A stretch of 21,539 nt of DNA from a virus (lineage: Duplodnaviria > Heunggongvirae > Uroviricota > Caudoviricetes), in the IMG/VR virus record IMGVR_UViG_2565956714_000006, positions 1 to 21,539 of that record. One strand, given 5' to 3'. A model generated the notes under the pieces. It saw only the letters and a program-made list of their open reading frames with translations, searched no databases and was not told the origin of the DNA. A program made the translations under genes and the position numbers. Positions 1-11,259 of the stretch are shown here, one piece after another. Within the stretch, counting starts at the first letter, position 1, and each line of letters starts with the position of its first letter.

Positions 1-1215
1 ATGCTCACCGTTAAGCAGATTGAAGCAGCAAAGCCGAAAGAAAAACCATACCGCCTACTCGATGGTAATGGCCTGTACCTTTATGTCCCTGTATCAGGGA
101 AAAAGGTATGGCAGCTTCGCTACAAGATTGACGGTAAGGAGAAAATCCTGACTGTCGGAAAATATCCGCTTATGACTTTGCAGGAAGCAAGGGATAAGGC
201 ATGGACTGCGAGGAAAGACATCTCGGTTGGCATCGATCCGGTAAAGGCGAAAAAGGCTTCGTCTAACAACAATTCCTTTAGTGCGATTTACAAGGAATGG
301 TACGAGCACAAGAAGCAAGTCTGGTCAGTAGGCTATGCAAACGAACTTGCCAAAATGTTTGACGACGACATTTTACCCATCATCGGCGGTCTTGAGATTC
401 AGGATATTGAGCCGATGCAACTGCTGGAAGTAATCCGAAGATTCGAAGATCGCGGTGCAATGGAGCGAGCCAACAAAGCCCGCAGAAGATGCGGCGAGGT
501 TTTCCGTTACGCTATTGTCACCGGAAGGGCTAAATATAACCCAGCACCTGACCTTGCTGACGCCATGAAGGGATACCGCAAGAAGAACTTCCCGTTTCTT
601 CCTGCAGACCAGATCCCGGCATTCAACAAAGCACTGGCAACATTTTCAGGAAGTATCGTATCGCTCATTGCGACCAAAGTTTTACGCTACACAGCCCTAA
701 GAACGAAAGAGCTTCGTTCCATGCTATGGAAGAACGTCGATTTTGAAAACAGGATTATCACCATCGACGCCAGTGTGATGAAGGGACGCAAAATTCATGT
801 GGTTCCTATGTCAGACCAGGTAGTTGAACTTCTCACTACGCTAAGCTCCATCACCAAACCAGTATCAGAGTTTGTTTTTGCCGGTCGCAACGATAAGAAG
901 AAGCCAATCTGCGAGAACGCGGTATTGCTTGTGATCAAACAAATCGGCTATGAGGGTCTGGAAAGCGGTCACGGATTCAGGCATGAATTCAGCACGATTA
1001 TGAACGAGCACGAATGGCCTGCTGATGCTATTGAAGTGCAACTGGCACATGCCAACGGCGGATCTGTGCGTGGGATTTACAACCATGCTCAGTATCTCGA
1101 TAAGCGCAGAGAAATGATGCAGTGGTGGGCGGATTGGGTTGATGAAAAGGTGGAGCAACCAACATTGCTATATTCACTCAGCAAAAACAACAAAAATGTC
1201 AACATAACCAAATAA
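1..1215 (+). CDS. int: P4/IntA-family tyrosine integrase, 404 aa, apparently complete; window starts exactly at its ATG
   Basis: N-terminus MLTVKQIEAAKPKEKPYRLLDGNGLY is typical of P4-type integrases. C-terminal catalytic signature present (R in LRTKELRS, HxxR in HGFRHEF, Y in IYNHAQY). Confidence 0.9.
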   Translation: MLTVKQIEAAKPKEKPYRLLDGNGLYLYVPVSGKKVWQLRYKIDGKEKILTVGKYPLMTLQEARDKAWTARKDISVGIDPVKAKKASSNNNSFSAIYKEWYEHKKQVWSVGYANELAKMFDDDILPIIGGLEIQDIEPMQLLEVIRRFEDRGAMERANKARRRCGEVFRYAIVTGRAKYNPAPDLADAMKGYRKKNFPFLPADQIPAFNKALATFSGSIVSLIATKVLRYTALRTKELRSMLWKNVDFENRIITIDASVMKGRKIHVVPMSDQVVELLTTLSSITKPVSEFVFAGRNDKKKPICENAVLLVIKQIGYEGLESGHGFRHEFSTIMNEHEWPADAIEVQLAHANGGSVRGIYNHAQYLDKRREMMQWWADWVDEKVEQPTLLYSLSKNNKNVNITK

Positions 1216-1419
1216 TTACATATTCATGTTCAGGAATATCGGTGCAATGAACACAAAAAGGACATTTCCAGCAATGAATCCATTTATTTTTTGTTCTTTT
1301 GAAACAATACGATAGCTTCTTAGAAGCCAATCCACAAGCATGCAAATCAAAACCGTTGGACAGTAGACGATCATTATGGTAACTGCTGCAACTATATACT
1401 GTACAATTTCACTAGGCAT
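1216..1419 (-). CDS. Small hydrophobic ORF (67 aa, two predicted TM segments) in an AT-rich remnant between int and IS5; possibly a moron remnant or spurious
   Basis: ATG-initiated ORF with an in-frame stop just upstream, so it is not an IS5-truncated longer gene. Weak Shine-Dalgarno, AT-rich rare codons. Stop codon abuts the int stop. Confidence 0.25.
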   Translation of the reverse strand: MPSEIVQYIVAAVTIMIVYCPTVLICMLVDWLLRSYRIVSKEQKINGFIAGNVLFVFIAPIFLNMNM

Positions 1420-1444
1420 TAAAGATTTTCACTATGGTTACTAG

Positions 1445-2640
<1,196 letters not shown>

Positions 2641-2728
2641 TTAACTATGAGATGAGTCTATGCAAAAAGATCTGTTGAATATTGCGTTCTATATATTTGG
2701 TTTTTGCACATTCCTGGTGTTTGCAAAG

Positions 2729-4726
2729 CTATTCTGACAACGAATCAGACTTCGCACCCTGCGTCAGGGCGTTAATTGCCTTTTGTGCCTGCTGCATGGC
2801 TTTCTCAAACGCTGTTGATCCGCGTGGGGTGTTTGCCATTCGGAGCATTGCATTTCTGAATGGCTCGCTCTCATAGGCGCGAGTAAGAAGTCCGTAGCTT
2901 ACTGCTGCGCCAGTTGTCGCCGGGTTCATTGCCGTCCCATACCCAATAATGAACGGGATAGTTTGCTGCCCTGTGGGTGTTGTTACTGCCGCTTTTGCAG
3001 CCTGCTGCGTGGATTGCAGGTAGTTTTTTAATCCTTTCAGATAAGCGGCTTCCTGACCTTTAAATGTGATGCCAGTCTGGTTTTGCAGGATGTTAAGCTG
3101 TCGAAGGAACTGGTCAGGGGATCCACCTGATTTCTCCATCGCCTTTCCAATGATGCCATTGCGCATTTGCGCCCTGCCAACACGACCAACTGAGTTATAC
3201 AGCGTCTTAATTTCCGATTTGTTCTTGCTGAATAGCATGTTGTTGACAACTTCCGGCGTCAGGTCGCCTTTCATGAGAACATTCTTCAGCCTGGTATTCT
3301 TTAGTTTCGCCGCTTCGTCAGCGTAGACGGCATTGGCCTGCTGATATTTACGGAGAGTATCGTTGCCAAGATTCTGACCAATGGCACCATTGATATCGTC
3401 TGTCATTGCCTTGTAAACGCGCTGAATGGCAGCATCGGACCGGTTTGGTAACACTGGTCGTTCCCCCTTCACGTCCATTCTGAACTGGCTGCGCAGATCG
3501 CTTAATTGCTTCAAATCCAGATTTACCGGACCATCAGGACCAGCATTGCGAACAAGCTCATCACGATAGGACTGAAGTTTTGAAATAGTCTCGTTATCGG
3601 CGACCTTACCAAGCTTCTGCAGGTTAGATATTTCTGTATCAATCTGCTGAATTGCTCGAGCAGGCTGGATATTGACTCCCGCCATTGCATTCTGAACCTG
3701 CTCAAGACGGTTCCCTGCAGCACGACGAATTCCTGATGTTTTCGCTTTAAGGCTGTCAATAACAACAGCTGGATCATACTCACCGAATTTATCAGCAAAT
3801 CTCTGCACCAACTGGCTTCTCGCTTCCTGTTGCGTTGCTCTCATTCCGCTTGTGCCAGCCAGGGGGATATTTTCCGCTGTCGTCTGCGCCATTTTCCCGA
3901 CGCGGGAAGTAGGCTGTAACAGGTCTGTGGTGTGCAGAGGAACTCCTTCACGCTCTGCAAATCTGATAGCCTGCTGCGCTTCTGGCGCAATAGCACCACG
4001 AACGCCACGATAAGCAGCACCTAATCCACGTCCGGCAGCGTTAATAGCACCGCCAGCCAGCACACCAACGCCTAAATCGGTAGCGAGTGCTTCAGCATCA
4101 TCTTTCATACTGTTTGCAGCAAGTGATCCAACTGCGTTTTCTGCTAGAAGGCGAGTTGCCCCCTGAGCAATTCGACCAGCAAGTGTTGGTGCCTGTACCG
4201 CCGCTCTCTCAACGCCAGCAGGAGTGAGGTAAGGCAATGCTTCAGCAAATACCCTTCCCTCTGTCGTTTGTGGAGTCAGCGCGCCTTGCTGAAGGCCAAA
4301 GTCCTGCTCTACCCCCTGCGTTGTTACTCGTGGCGCTGGTTGATATGTACCATCGCCAATGCCGAGTTTACCGCCAGCCCATGCCGCTGCGCTTGTTACA
4401 GCATCGGCAACTGATGCAGGTATGTTTGCCACGTTCACGCCAGCCTGCACCAGTCCGCGACCAGTCTCTTTTACTGCTTCGCCAAGATCAGACATAAATC
4501 CACTTTGCTGTGGTTGTTGCTGTGCTACTGGTTGCTGTGTCTCCACTTGCTGCACAGATGGCAATGGATAGGCAGCATAGAAAGCTTGCTTAGCCTGCTC
4601 TGCATTTTCTCCGGCTTGCGGGGCCACGACTTCATTGAAGTATTGCTCCTGAGCCTGCGCTTTTTGTTCTGGTGCTAACGCCTGATACTGTGGAGAGGCG
4701 ATAACATCTTTCCATGCTTTAGCCAT
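2729..4726 (-). CDS. P22 gp16-like ejection (internal virion) protein, 665 aa
   Basis: Last gene of the morphogenesis operon in the position of P22 gene 16 / Sf6 gp13. Ala/Gln/Gly-rich composition typical of ejection proteins. Start ATG overlaps the upstream stop (TAATG). Confidence 0.7.
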   Translation of the reverse strand: MAKAWKDVIASPQYQALAPEQKAQAQEQYFNEVVAPQAGENAEQAKQAFYAAYPLPSVQQVETQQPVAQQQPQQSGFMSDLGEAVKETGRGLVQAGVNVANIPASVADAVTSAAAWAGGKLGIGDGTYQPAPRVTTQGVEQDFGLQQGALTPQTTEGRVFAEALPYLTPAGVERAAVQAPTLAGRIAQGATRLLAENAVGSLAANSMKDDAEALATDLGVGVLAGGAINAAGRGLGAAYRGVRGAIAPEAQQAIRFAEREGVPLHTTDLLQPTSRVGKMAQTTAENIPLAGTSGMRATQQEARSQLVQRFADKFGEYDPAVVIDSLKAKTSGIRRAAGNRLEQVQNAMAGVNIQPARAIQQIDTEISNLQKLGKVADNETISKLQSYRDELVRNAGPDGPVNLDLKQLSDLRSQFRMDVKGERPVLPNRSDAAIQRVYKAMTDDINGAIGQNLGNDTLRKYQQANAVYADEAAKLKNTRLKNVLMKGDLTPEVVNNMLFSKNKSEIKTLYNSVGRVGRAQMRNGIIGKAMEKSGGSPDQFLRQLNILQNQTGITFKGQEAAYLKGLKNYLQSTQQAAKAAVTTPTGQQTIPFIIGYGTAMNPATTGAAVSYGLLTRAYESEPFRNAMLRMANTPRGSTAFEKAMQQAQKAINALTQGAKSDSLSE

Positions 4727-6021
4727 TAATCACCCCATAGTGAAGAAAAATTACTGCCAGTAGTAGGTTGTTGCGCTGGCGTATTCTGTACTGGCTCCTG
4801 ATAATCAAACTGTTTTTTAACAGTGCTCAACTTGCTTTCAAGCTGATTTCTAATCTTTCCGATAGAGTCACGAAAAGCCTTTTCACTCATTTTGGGGCTT
4901 AGGGCACCAACCGCATCGGATAATTTTTTACCCTCAGCATCTGAAAGAGCTCCCATCCCCTTAAGGGACTGCACCATAGGAAGGAAAGTTTGAGCTTTAA
5001 AGGTGTCGAGCCTTGCTTCAAAGTTAGCCGCATCAGAGCCAGGAACTGTCGGAAACGCTGAGCGAATTCCTACTGCTTTTGAAAGGCCGGGGCTTTGCTC
5101 TATCTCGTTGAGAGAATCAAGCGCGGTGCTGAACGTATCAACAGCACCCTGAGCGGCGGCCTGCCTGTCAGCGCGGGCTATGTCAGCCTTTTGCCGAACA
5201 TCTGCCTGTTTCTGTTTTAGCTCTTCAAGCTTTAACTGATTGCTTTCTCTGGCTATCTGTCTGTCCAGAGCCTTTTCTTGTAATTCTGCTCTTTGTATTT
5301 CGCGGGAAAGAGCAGCATTCTGTGCGCTGATGTTCTGTCCACGTATCTGGATGTCCTGACCTCGAGCTGTTAGTGCTTCTCCGGCCTGATTGCTGCGGAT
5401 TGTCTCTGCCAGCCTGCCTCGGTCAATCTCACGACCAGCCATCTTGTCCTGAACATTGAAGTAGTCAATCGGACCAAGTGCAGCCATCCCAAGGTGATCA
5501 ACAAACTCACCAAATCCTGAAGGATTCTGCTGATACATCTGAGCAACGTTATTAGGGTCAACACCGACGCGAGTCAGTTCCTTGGCGTTGTTTTGCAGCC
5601 ATGATTGCATTGCTTCTGGAGACGAGGCCGCAAGGCGTGCGCCAGCCGCTAAGGTGCCGATAGAATTGCGCTGGTCTTCATCAATGAATCCCATGCCTTT
5701 ACGAACGGATTCAATCTGGTCTGGATATTGAGTAGCCAACTGACGCAAAGCACCGCGATCACCAGACGCATAAGCATTAGCGTACGCCTGCTGAAATTCT
5801 TTCTGCCGCTGAGCCTGCTTTTCCTGCTGAAACACCCCTGCAATACCTGAAAGGCCTTGCAAAGCAGTCAGCCCAACATTGTTAGCGCCTGAACGCTCAA
5901 TATCATTGTTCTGCCTGATAAGCTGAAGCGTATTGCCGATGTCATTTACGCTCGGAGCGTTTGAGTTGACACCACCGATACCAGCCAACAATCCGCCGTT
6001 TGTTCCTTGCCAAGTAGCCAT
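4726..6021 (-). CDS. P22 gp20-like ejection protein, 431 aa
   Basis: Synteny between gp7-like and gp16-like genes; size and composition consistent with P22 gp20 / Sf6 gp12. Confidence 0.7.
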   Translation of the reverse strand: MATWQGTNGGLLAGIGGVNSNAPSVNDIGNTLQLIRQNNDIERSGANNVGLTALQGLSGIAGVFQQEKQAQRQKEFQQAYANAYASGDRGALRQLATQYPDQIESVRKGMGFIDEDQRNSIGTLAAGARLAASSPEAMQSWLQNNAKELTRVGVDPNNVAQMYQQNPSGFGEFVDHLGMAALGPIDYFNVQDKMAGREIDRGRLAETIRSNQAGEALTARGQDIQIRGQNISAQNAALSREIQRAELQEKALDRQIARESNQLKLEELKQKQADVRQKADIARADRQAAAQGAVDTFSTALDSLNEIEQSPGLSKAVGIRSAFPTVPGSDAANFEARLDTFKAQTFLPMVQSLKGMGALSDAEGKKLSDAVGALSPKMSEKAFRDSIGKIRNQLESKLSTVKKQFDYQEPVQNTPAQQPTTGSNFSSLWGD

Positions 6022-6030
6022 GATTACCCC

Positions 6031-6723
6031 TTAAAACAACGAGCCAAGCAGGCCAAGTCCGCCACCGATTGCGGCGCCTAATCCAGTACCAAGACCGGGA
6101 ACAATAGAACCAAGAGCGGCACCAGTCATAGCTCCTGAAGCTCCTCCGCTAATTGCTGTCTGAAGACCGGATGGCTTATTGGCATTAGCAGCGGCGAGAG
6201 CTGCGCTTTGCTGTGCAATGCTGCTCATGTTGTTGGCGTATGTCTGCCCGGCGTTCGCCTGACCTTGCAACGCACCAAGGCCAATGTTTGCCAGATTGTT
6301 GTAGTTGCTCATCTGGTTTGATAGCCACGACTGACCGAGAGTCGGCGCAATCGTAGCCAGTTGATTGCTTGTGGCTGTCGATCCAAGTCCACCCGTTGCC
6401 TCCGCAGCAGCAAGACTCTGGTAACGCGCCTGACCTGCAAGGTCTTTATACTGCTGAGAGTTGTAATACTGATTAAGTGCCTGCCCCTGTCCTTCTAAAC
6501 TGGAAAGATTCTGAAGCTGGTTAACATACTGCTCCGCAAGCGGCGTGAACGGAGCAAGGTTTTTCATGATCGTCTGCCACTGCTGATTTTGCAGGTCTGC
6601 GGCATACTTCTGAGCTTCTGCGGCATACTTTGCACTTTTATCGGAGCCACCTTTCCCGCCTTTTTCAGGGCAATAAGGTTCCTCGCCGCGCAGTTTTCTG
6701 CCCAGCTTAAATGCATATAACAT
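6031..6723 (-). CDS. P22 gp7-like ejection protein, 230 aa
   Basis: Size matches P22 gp7 (229 aa). Gly/Ala-rich C-terminus ending GLLGSLF. Synteny after the gp14-like gene. Confidence 0.7.
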   Translation of the reverse strand: MLYAFKLGRKLRGEEPYCPEKGGKGGSDKSAKYAAEAQKYAADLQNQQWQTIMKNLAPFTPLAEQYVNQLQNLSSLEGQGQALNQYYNSQQYKDLAGQARYQSLAAAEATGGLGSTATSNQLATIAPTLGQSWLSNQMSNYNNLANIGLGALQGQANAGQTYANNMSSIAQQSAALAAANANKPSGLQTAISGGASGAMTGAALGSIVPGLGTGLGAAIGGGLGLLGSLF

Positions 6724-6725
6724 GG

Positions 6726-7181
6726 CTATCTCCCGTGATTCAGGAAGTCGATTAGTTCTTCGCGTGTGGCGCTGTAAAACGTCACGTCATCCACGCCTTT
6801 GAAGTATTTCTTGATGGTTCCTACACGCTTAAGGCCAACCATTGCGCAGTACATCTGACCGTGGCGGAATTTGCGTGCAGCGAACGATGTGACGCACTGA
6901 ACGGTGGTGTTAGTCAGAATGTATCGCCAGAACGCCAGCCCGATTTCCTTGCTGAATCCACGAACCTCTGGCAGGTACATGGCGTGGCAATCGAATGTCA
7001 GCGGCTGAATCTCCTGATAGTAAACAATTCCTCCGAACTGCCCGTGCACGTTCACCTCAAAGTAACGGCATTCAGGTTTGTAGTCGTATCCATCACCGTT
7101 GTTGCTCCCGGCGATAATGTCGGGGTGATTTCCCACGGCTTCTATCAGGTCGATGTTTCGCGTTGGTTTGAATGTAATCAT
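6726..7181 (-). CDS. P22 gp14-like head-assembly/ejection-associated protein, 151 aa
   Basis: Lies between the tail needle (gp26) and gp7 homologues exactly as P22 gene 14 does. ATGA start/stop overlap with the upstream gene. Confidence 0.6.
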   Translation of the reverse strand: MITFKPTRNIDLIEAVGNHPDIIAGSNNGDGYDYKPECRYFEVNVHGQFGGIVYYQEIQPLTFDCHAMYLPEVRGFSKEIGLAFWRYILTNTTVQCVTSFAARKFRHGQMYCAMVGLKRVGTIKKYFKGVDDVTFYSATREELIDFLNHGR

Positions 7182-7882
7182 CAGTCAATCAGCCCATGTA
7201 ATCTAAGTGCTGTTTCAAGCGCCAGAATACGCTGCCGCGCCTGCTCCAAACCTGTAGCGATAGCTGCGACTTCGGATTGTGTGTACGTAGTGCCGACTGT
7301 GTATGACTGGTTAGCGTTGAATGAGCCAAGAAGAGGTGTACCTGTGGCTGCAGTCCATCCGGTATTTCTTGCTCCAACAACCTGAATTCCATCAACTGAA
7401 TATGATGTTTTTACATCCAGCGGTGACGCAAGAGACTGCAATTTGGTTACGGTTTTCGATACGTAATCACTCTTAATGCCAGAGACATCGTTTTCTACGC
7501 CATCCAGTCTTTTGTCAACAGTGACCAGATGCGCCTGAATATCGATAACCTCATCCAGCAAGTAATCAACATCGCTACGCAGTACGACTATCTTCCCTTC
7601 GGCGGTTGTTAACCTGACCTCAAGGAGATTTATCGCTTTTGTGTTTGCGGTGATTCTTGCATCGTGGTCAGCCAGTTCGACATCATGTTCATCGTTTTTT
7701 ACCTGGGCATCATAAGCGCCCTGACCAGCCTGATTTGCCTTTCCAGCAATTGCACCGACATCAGCCCCCTGATTAATGACATACAGCAGGTAAGACTGGC
7801 TGAAGATATTGCGTGGAAGGATTGATGTATCGAGCCGCGTCGCCTGAACAATAACCGGTGTGTTGAGATTCGAATCAGCCAT
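7181..7882 (-). CDS. Tail needle protein (P22 gp26 homologue), 233 aa
   Basis: N-terminus [25 protein letters not shown] and C-terminus [13 protein letters not shown] closely parallel P22 gp26 as recalled; same length. Confidence 0.85.
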   Translation of the reverse strand: MADSNLNTPVIVQATRLDTSILPRNIFSQSYLLYVINQGADVGAIAGKANQAGQGAYDAQVKNDEHDVELADHDARITANTKAINLLEVRLTTAEGKIVVLRSDVDYLLDEVIDIQAHLVTVDKRLDGVENDVSGIKSDYVSKTVTKLQSLASPLDVKTSYSVDGIQVVGARNTGWTAATGTPLLGSFNANQSYTVGTTYTQSEVAAIATGLEQARQRILALETALRLHGLID

Positions 7883-9300
7883 TACTCAATCCTTATCTGG
7901 CAGACAGACAGAGTGACAGGTGACTTCGTGATAACACGCAATTTGAAGCCGACATTTTTCCTGATGCGCCCTACTCGTTTCCACAAAACGCGTTTGTCGT
8001 AAACGAACGGTTCATTCTGCTCAATCATCTGCTCACGTCCGTAATTGATGCCGTCAGTGGTTGCAGAGAGGAACAGGCGGTCGGCGTACTGAGCTACGCC
8101 AGTGGATGATTCCACCTCCAGATCGAAGCATCTGGCGTTATCCGCTTTGAACAACGGAGTAAACAGCAGGTGTTCCTGTTGCTTGTCGTACTGGCTGCTG
8201 ATATCGAACTGCAATTTCCCGGTAACAGATTCCAGCTTATCGCCGCACGTTATCTGATTGCCTTCGTAAATGAAGTCGATAGCGCGGTACACATCGTCAT
8301 ACAAGCCTGTTTTCAGTACACACCATTGCGGACCATTGGCGCTTGAAGATGCGTCGTACACGAGGACGTGGCGCGGAAGGTGGATAATCAGCAGTTCATG
8401 CGCATCAAATCGCAGCGATTCCATCACACCATCAGCCAGTTCATCAGCAGTGTAGGAGCGGAGGATTTTCTCAATGCTCGCGCTGGCGATTGGTGATACC
8501 TGACCGGAGCCGATGATGTATACAGACGGCGCACCTGTTGCCGGATTGCTGATGAACGCATACGAGTCAGCAAACGGCGTTTTGCAGTAGGTCCCGGCAA
8601 TGCCTTTCTGCACCATCAGCGATGGTTGTGCAACATACAAAGCGGCACCAACGGTGGTTGCACCAGTCAGGGAAAAATACTCAATCGTCGATGAACCAAA
8701 GCAGACGATGAAGTCTCGCCATGTTCCGATTCCGATGATGCCGTCAGGCTGCGACTCGGCACGATATTGTGCGCTGTAGCGGTCAGGATGCGATTCGTCT
8801 TCAAGGTCAGTGATAAACCATGAATCAGTGCCGTCTTTTGACCACGCATAACGCCCGCGTAAGCGCGTAATGTCACGAACAGAACCTAACTCATACTGCG
8901 TGAATCCGCTGTCTGTAGGCCAGTTTGAGACGGTTTTAACCGTGCCATCATAGCGATACTCGACCAGTTGACCATTAACGCCTACAGCCTGAGATGTCCG
9001 ACCATGTGCCATTGATACGCGACCACTTCCGGCGACGTCACCGACTTCGCTTTCGCCTTTGTAGAGCTTCCCACCACACACGCGATAAACAGCATTCTGC
9101 GCCATGTTGTACTCGACACCGCGCGATACACCATTCACATCAGAACGTTTGGCAATGCCCGGGAATGAGCGAAGATATCCGCTGCTGTTGAGTATTTCTT
9201 TGGGTGTAGCCAACATATTCACTGGCAGATAGTCGATATAGTCGGCGTTTCGAAAGTCTTTGCCGACACCTTTCATAAGCGGAAGTTGCTGAATCGGCAT
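7882..9300 (-). CDS. Head-completion / tail hub protein (P22 gp10 homologue), 472 aa
   Basis: Same length as P22 gp10 and closely similar throughout to the recalled sequence (MPIQQLP...CQIRIE). Confidence 0.85.
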   Translation of the reverse strand: MPIQQLPLMKGVGKDFRNADYIDYLPVNMLATPKEILNSSGYLRSFPGIAKRSDVNGVSRGVEYNMAQNAVYRVCGGKLYKGESEVGDVAGSGRVSMAHGRTSQAVGVNGQLVEYRYDGTVKTVSNWPTDSGFTQYELGSVRDITRLRGRYAWSKDGTDSWFITDLEDESHPDRYSAQYRAESQPDGIIGIGTWRDFIVCFGSSTIEYFSLTGATTVGAALYVAQPSLMVQKGIAGTYCKTPFADSYAFISNPATGAPSVYIIGSGQVSPIASASIEKILRSYTADELADGVMESLRFDAHELLIIHLPRHVLVYDASSSANGPQWCVLKTGLYDDVYRAIDFIYEGNQITCGDKLESVTGKLQFDISSQYDKQQEHLLFTPLFKADNARCFDLEVESSTGVAQYADRLFLSATTDGINYGREQMIEQNEPFVYDKRVLWKRVGRIRKNVGFKLRVITKSPVTLSVCQIRIE

Positions 9301-9309
9301 TTATTCACC

Positions 9310-9771
9310 TCACGTACTCGGATCATCTTTCTCGATGTAAAACCGATTCCACGTAAACGCGCTTTTGTTACCACTACCGCGAGGCATGTCATTTCGCCGC
9401 TCAAGTGGTGGTATTTTGGTTAAAGCGATACAGATTGTTTGATATGCACTGTCAGCAGCGGTAAGGAGAGCGTCTGACGGCTGAATGACGTTATCCATGC
9501 ACACTTGCACAGCGAGTTTCAAAGCGACGCCATCATTTGCCCATGCAGGGATACCTGAATCATCGTCAGGTAACGGCATGATGCCGTTTTCTGTATCAGC
9601 AAACTGATACCCAAGCTCGATACCTTTCGCCTGCCATGCTGCCATCATGTCTTCGAGGTCATTAATAGCATCTTCAATTGCCTGAGGGTCAGCATCTGTC
9701 AACGTGGCATTGGAATACAGCCCGGCTTTTCGTAAAGCCTTAAGAACGAGATCACCCTTCGTTTTCGCCAT
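9310..9771 (-). CDS. Head-completion / tail adaptor protein (P22 gp4 homologue), 153 aa
   Basis: N-terminal KTKGDLV..ALRK.G...ATLTD..PQ motif as in P22 gp4; synteny between coat and gp10. Confidence 0.8.
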   Translation of the reverse strand: MAKTKGDLVLKALRKAGLYSNATLTDADPQAIEDAINDLEDMMAAWQAKGIELGYQFADTENGIMPLPDDDSGIPAWANDGVALKLAVQVCMDNVIQPSDALLTAADSAYQTICIALTKIPPLERRNDMPRGSGNKSAFTWNRFYIEKDDPST

Positions 9772-9940
9772 CTTCTTCCGCCTTAGCCACTTTTTGCTTC
9801 GTTGCGGTTTCTTCAGGAGTTTTTACCCAGCCTTTTTTCAGGTGAGATTTAACTTCTTCGTCATCAACAATGATGTAATCGACAGCAAACTGACCACAGG
9901 TGATCATGTTGCCAGGCTTATAGAGCATTGTTCGTGCCAT
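9752..9940 (-). CDS. Small hypothetical protein (62 aa from the internal ATG; track ORF extends to 9979)
   Basis: ATG at 9940 preceded by GGGAGAAG. The longer track ORF would start inside the coat terminator hairpin. Overlaps the gp4-like start by about 20 nt. Confidence 0.4.
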   Translation of the reverse strand: MARTMLYKPGNMITCGQFAVDYIIVDDEEVKSHLKKGWVKTPEETATKQKVAKAEEDGENEG

Positions 9941-9951
9941 TGTCTTCTCCC

Positions 9952-9974
9952 AATAAAAATGGGGCCGAAGCCCC
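9952..9974 (-). terminator. Intrinsic terminator/attenuator immediately downstream of the coat gene
   Basis: Minus-strand RNA GGGGC-UUCG-GCCCC (5-bp GC stem, UUCG tetraloop) followed by AUUUUUAUU, 8 nt after the coat stop. Confidence 0.7.
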
Positions 9975-9981
9975 ACCAAAA

Positions 9982-11241
9982 TTACTGCCCGGCAATAACG
10001 ATGCCCGTATATTCAGGAACCAGTACAGAGCAACCGTACAGAGTGGTGAAACGAGCAGTGGTTACGCCTTTGATGTGGTCGAAGGAGTAAGACATGATCA
10101 GCGTAGCGCCCTGCTCGGTGGTTGCTGTCATTACCTGTGGCCCCTGACCAGTCGGGAATGCCAGTTTTCCGTACATCAGTTCAACAGAACCATCAGCCCA
10201 GAACAGGTTAGCCGGTGCTGCGTTCTTGTTGAGAATGGTGATTGCTGCAGTTTCTGCCGGCTTGGCATCGACGTTTGCATATGGACGGCTCGCAACATCG
10301 GCATTTCCAACAGGGAGAATCTTTGGAGAGATTGTTACGGTGGTTCCTGCTGTGTCTACTGCCAGAACGCGGAATACCTGCGGCTGCCCGGTGGTATCTT
10401 TGGTGATCTGGTGTACGGAATTCACACCTGCGATGGTAAACGCATCGCCAACCTGCAAGCCTTTAGCAGATACCGTAATGGTCCCCTGTCGGTTATCAAC
10501 AGGCATGCCATTTGAATCTTTCGCTTCAACCTTGTGTTCAGGTTGATTTGATACTGTCAAGGTTTCAGTGCTTCCTGCCGGTAATCGACCGGAAATATCG
10601 GTCTTGTAGCTATCAAAGGAAGCAACCGGAGGGATCTGCGCTTTTTCGTATGCTGTCAGGGTTGCGCCCTGAGCGTAGGCACGGTGACCAAGCTCGCCAG
10701 CAAGGTCTTTGTAGTTGAATGGGCTCCAGAAAGAGCGACGGTTGATACCCTGAGGTACACCAATCGCCGTCATGGTGGCATCAATATCTGCCGCACCATT
10801 CCACAAGGCAAGGCCCCGTGAGCCATTTTCTGAGGCAGGAATTGCGACCACGTTAGTAGCACGCTGCGTGACCATGGAAATCAGGTCAGAGTCAATCTGT
10901 GCAGCAAGGCGCATACCTGCGGCTCGACCAGCTTCAGTTTTATGTTCCGGGTCACGCATTTCACGCGCATCCAGAGTGTACAGAATGTTTTTCGGCTCCT
11001 TGAACACAGAAGGAACAAGGCGCTGAACCAGTGCTGTTGGTGTTTTTTCGCTGAGGTCCAAGCCCTCCTCAATGTTCATGTGGTAATGCTGCGGACGATA
11101 CAGAACATCACCTGCTCGCTGCATTGCTGTATCACCGGGACGGAATTTTTTAGCGTTACGGGAAACTACGCAGGCGGCCTCAAAGCCTTCAACGTAGTTT
11201 TCGAACATGATTTCAAGGTCTTTTGCTAATTGGTTAGCCAT
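9982..11241 (-). CDS. Major capsid (coat) protein, P22 gp5 / Sf6 gp5 type, 419 aa
   Basis: Size and position (after scaffold, before terminator and gp4) match P22-like coat proteins. Confidence 0.85.
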   Translation of the reverse strand: MANQLAKDLEIMFENYVEGFEAACVVSRNAKKFRPGDTAMQRAGDVLYRPQHYHMNIEEGLDLSEKTPTALVQRLVPSVFKEPKNILYTLDAREMRDPEHKTEAGRAAGMRLAAQIDSDLISMVTQRATNVVAIPASENGSRGLALWNGAADIDATMTAIGVPQGINRRSFWSPFNYKDLAGELGHRAYAQGATLTAYEKAQIPPVASFDSYKTDISGRLPAGSTETLTVSNQPEHKVEAKDSNGMPVDNRQGTITVSAKGLQVGDAFTIAGVNSVHQITKDTTGQPQVFRVLAVDTAGTTVTISPKILPVGNADVASRPYANVDAKPAETAAITILNKNAAPANLFWADGSVELMYGKLAFPTGQGPQVMTATTEQGATLIMSYSFDHIKGVTTARFTTLYGCSVLVPEYTGIVIAGQ

Positions 11242-11259
11242 GCTTAATGCTCCGATAGG

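Noticed and set aside
1216-1444. Phage attachment core next to the int 3' end
   Set aside because: P4-type integrases normally have att upstream of int, which is outside the window; no repeat could be matched without the other prophage end.
9752-9979. 75-aa version of the small ORF after the coat gene
   Set aside because: Its start would lie inside the coat terminator hairpin; the internal ATG at 9940 with GGGAGAAG upstream is the more plausible start.
9928-10515. 195-aa plus-strand ORF (and neighbouring plus-strand ORFs 10226-10546, 10512-10718, 10772-11229)
   Set aside because: Antisense to the coat gene, no ribosome-binding sites, Cys/Arg-rich nonsense composition; artefacts of the coding strand.
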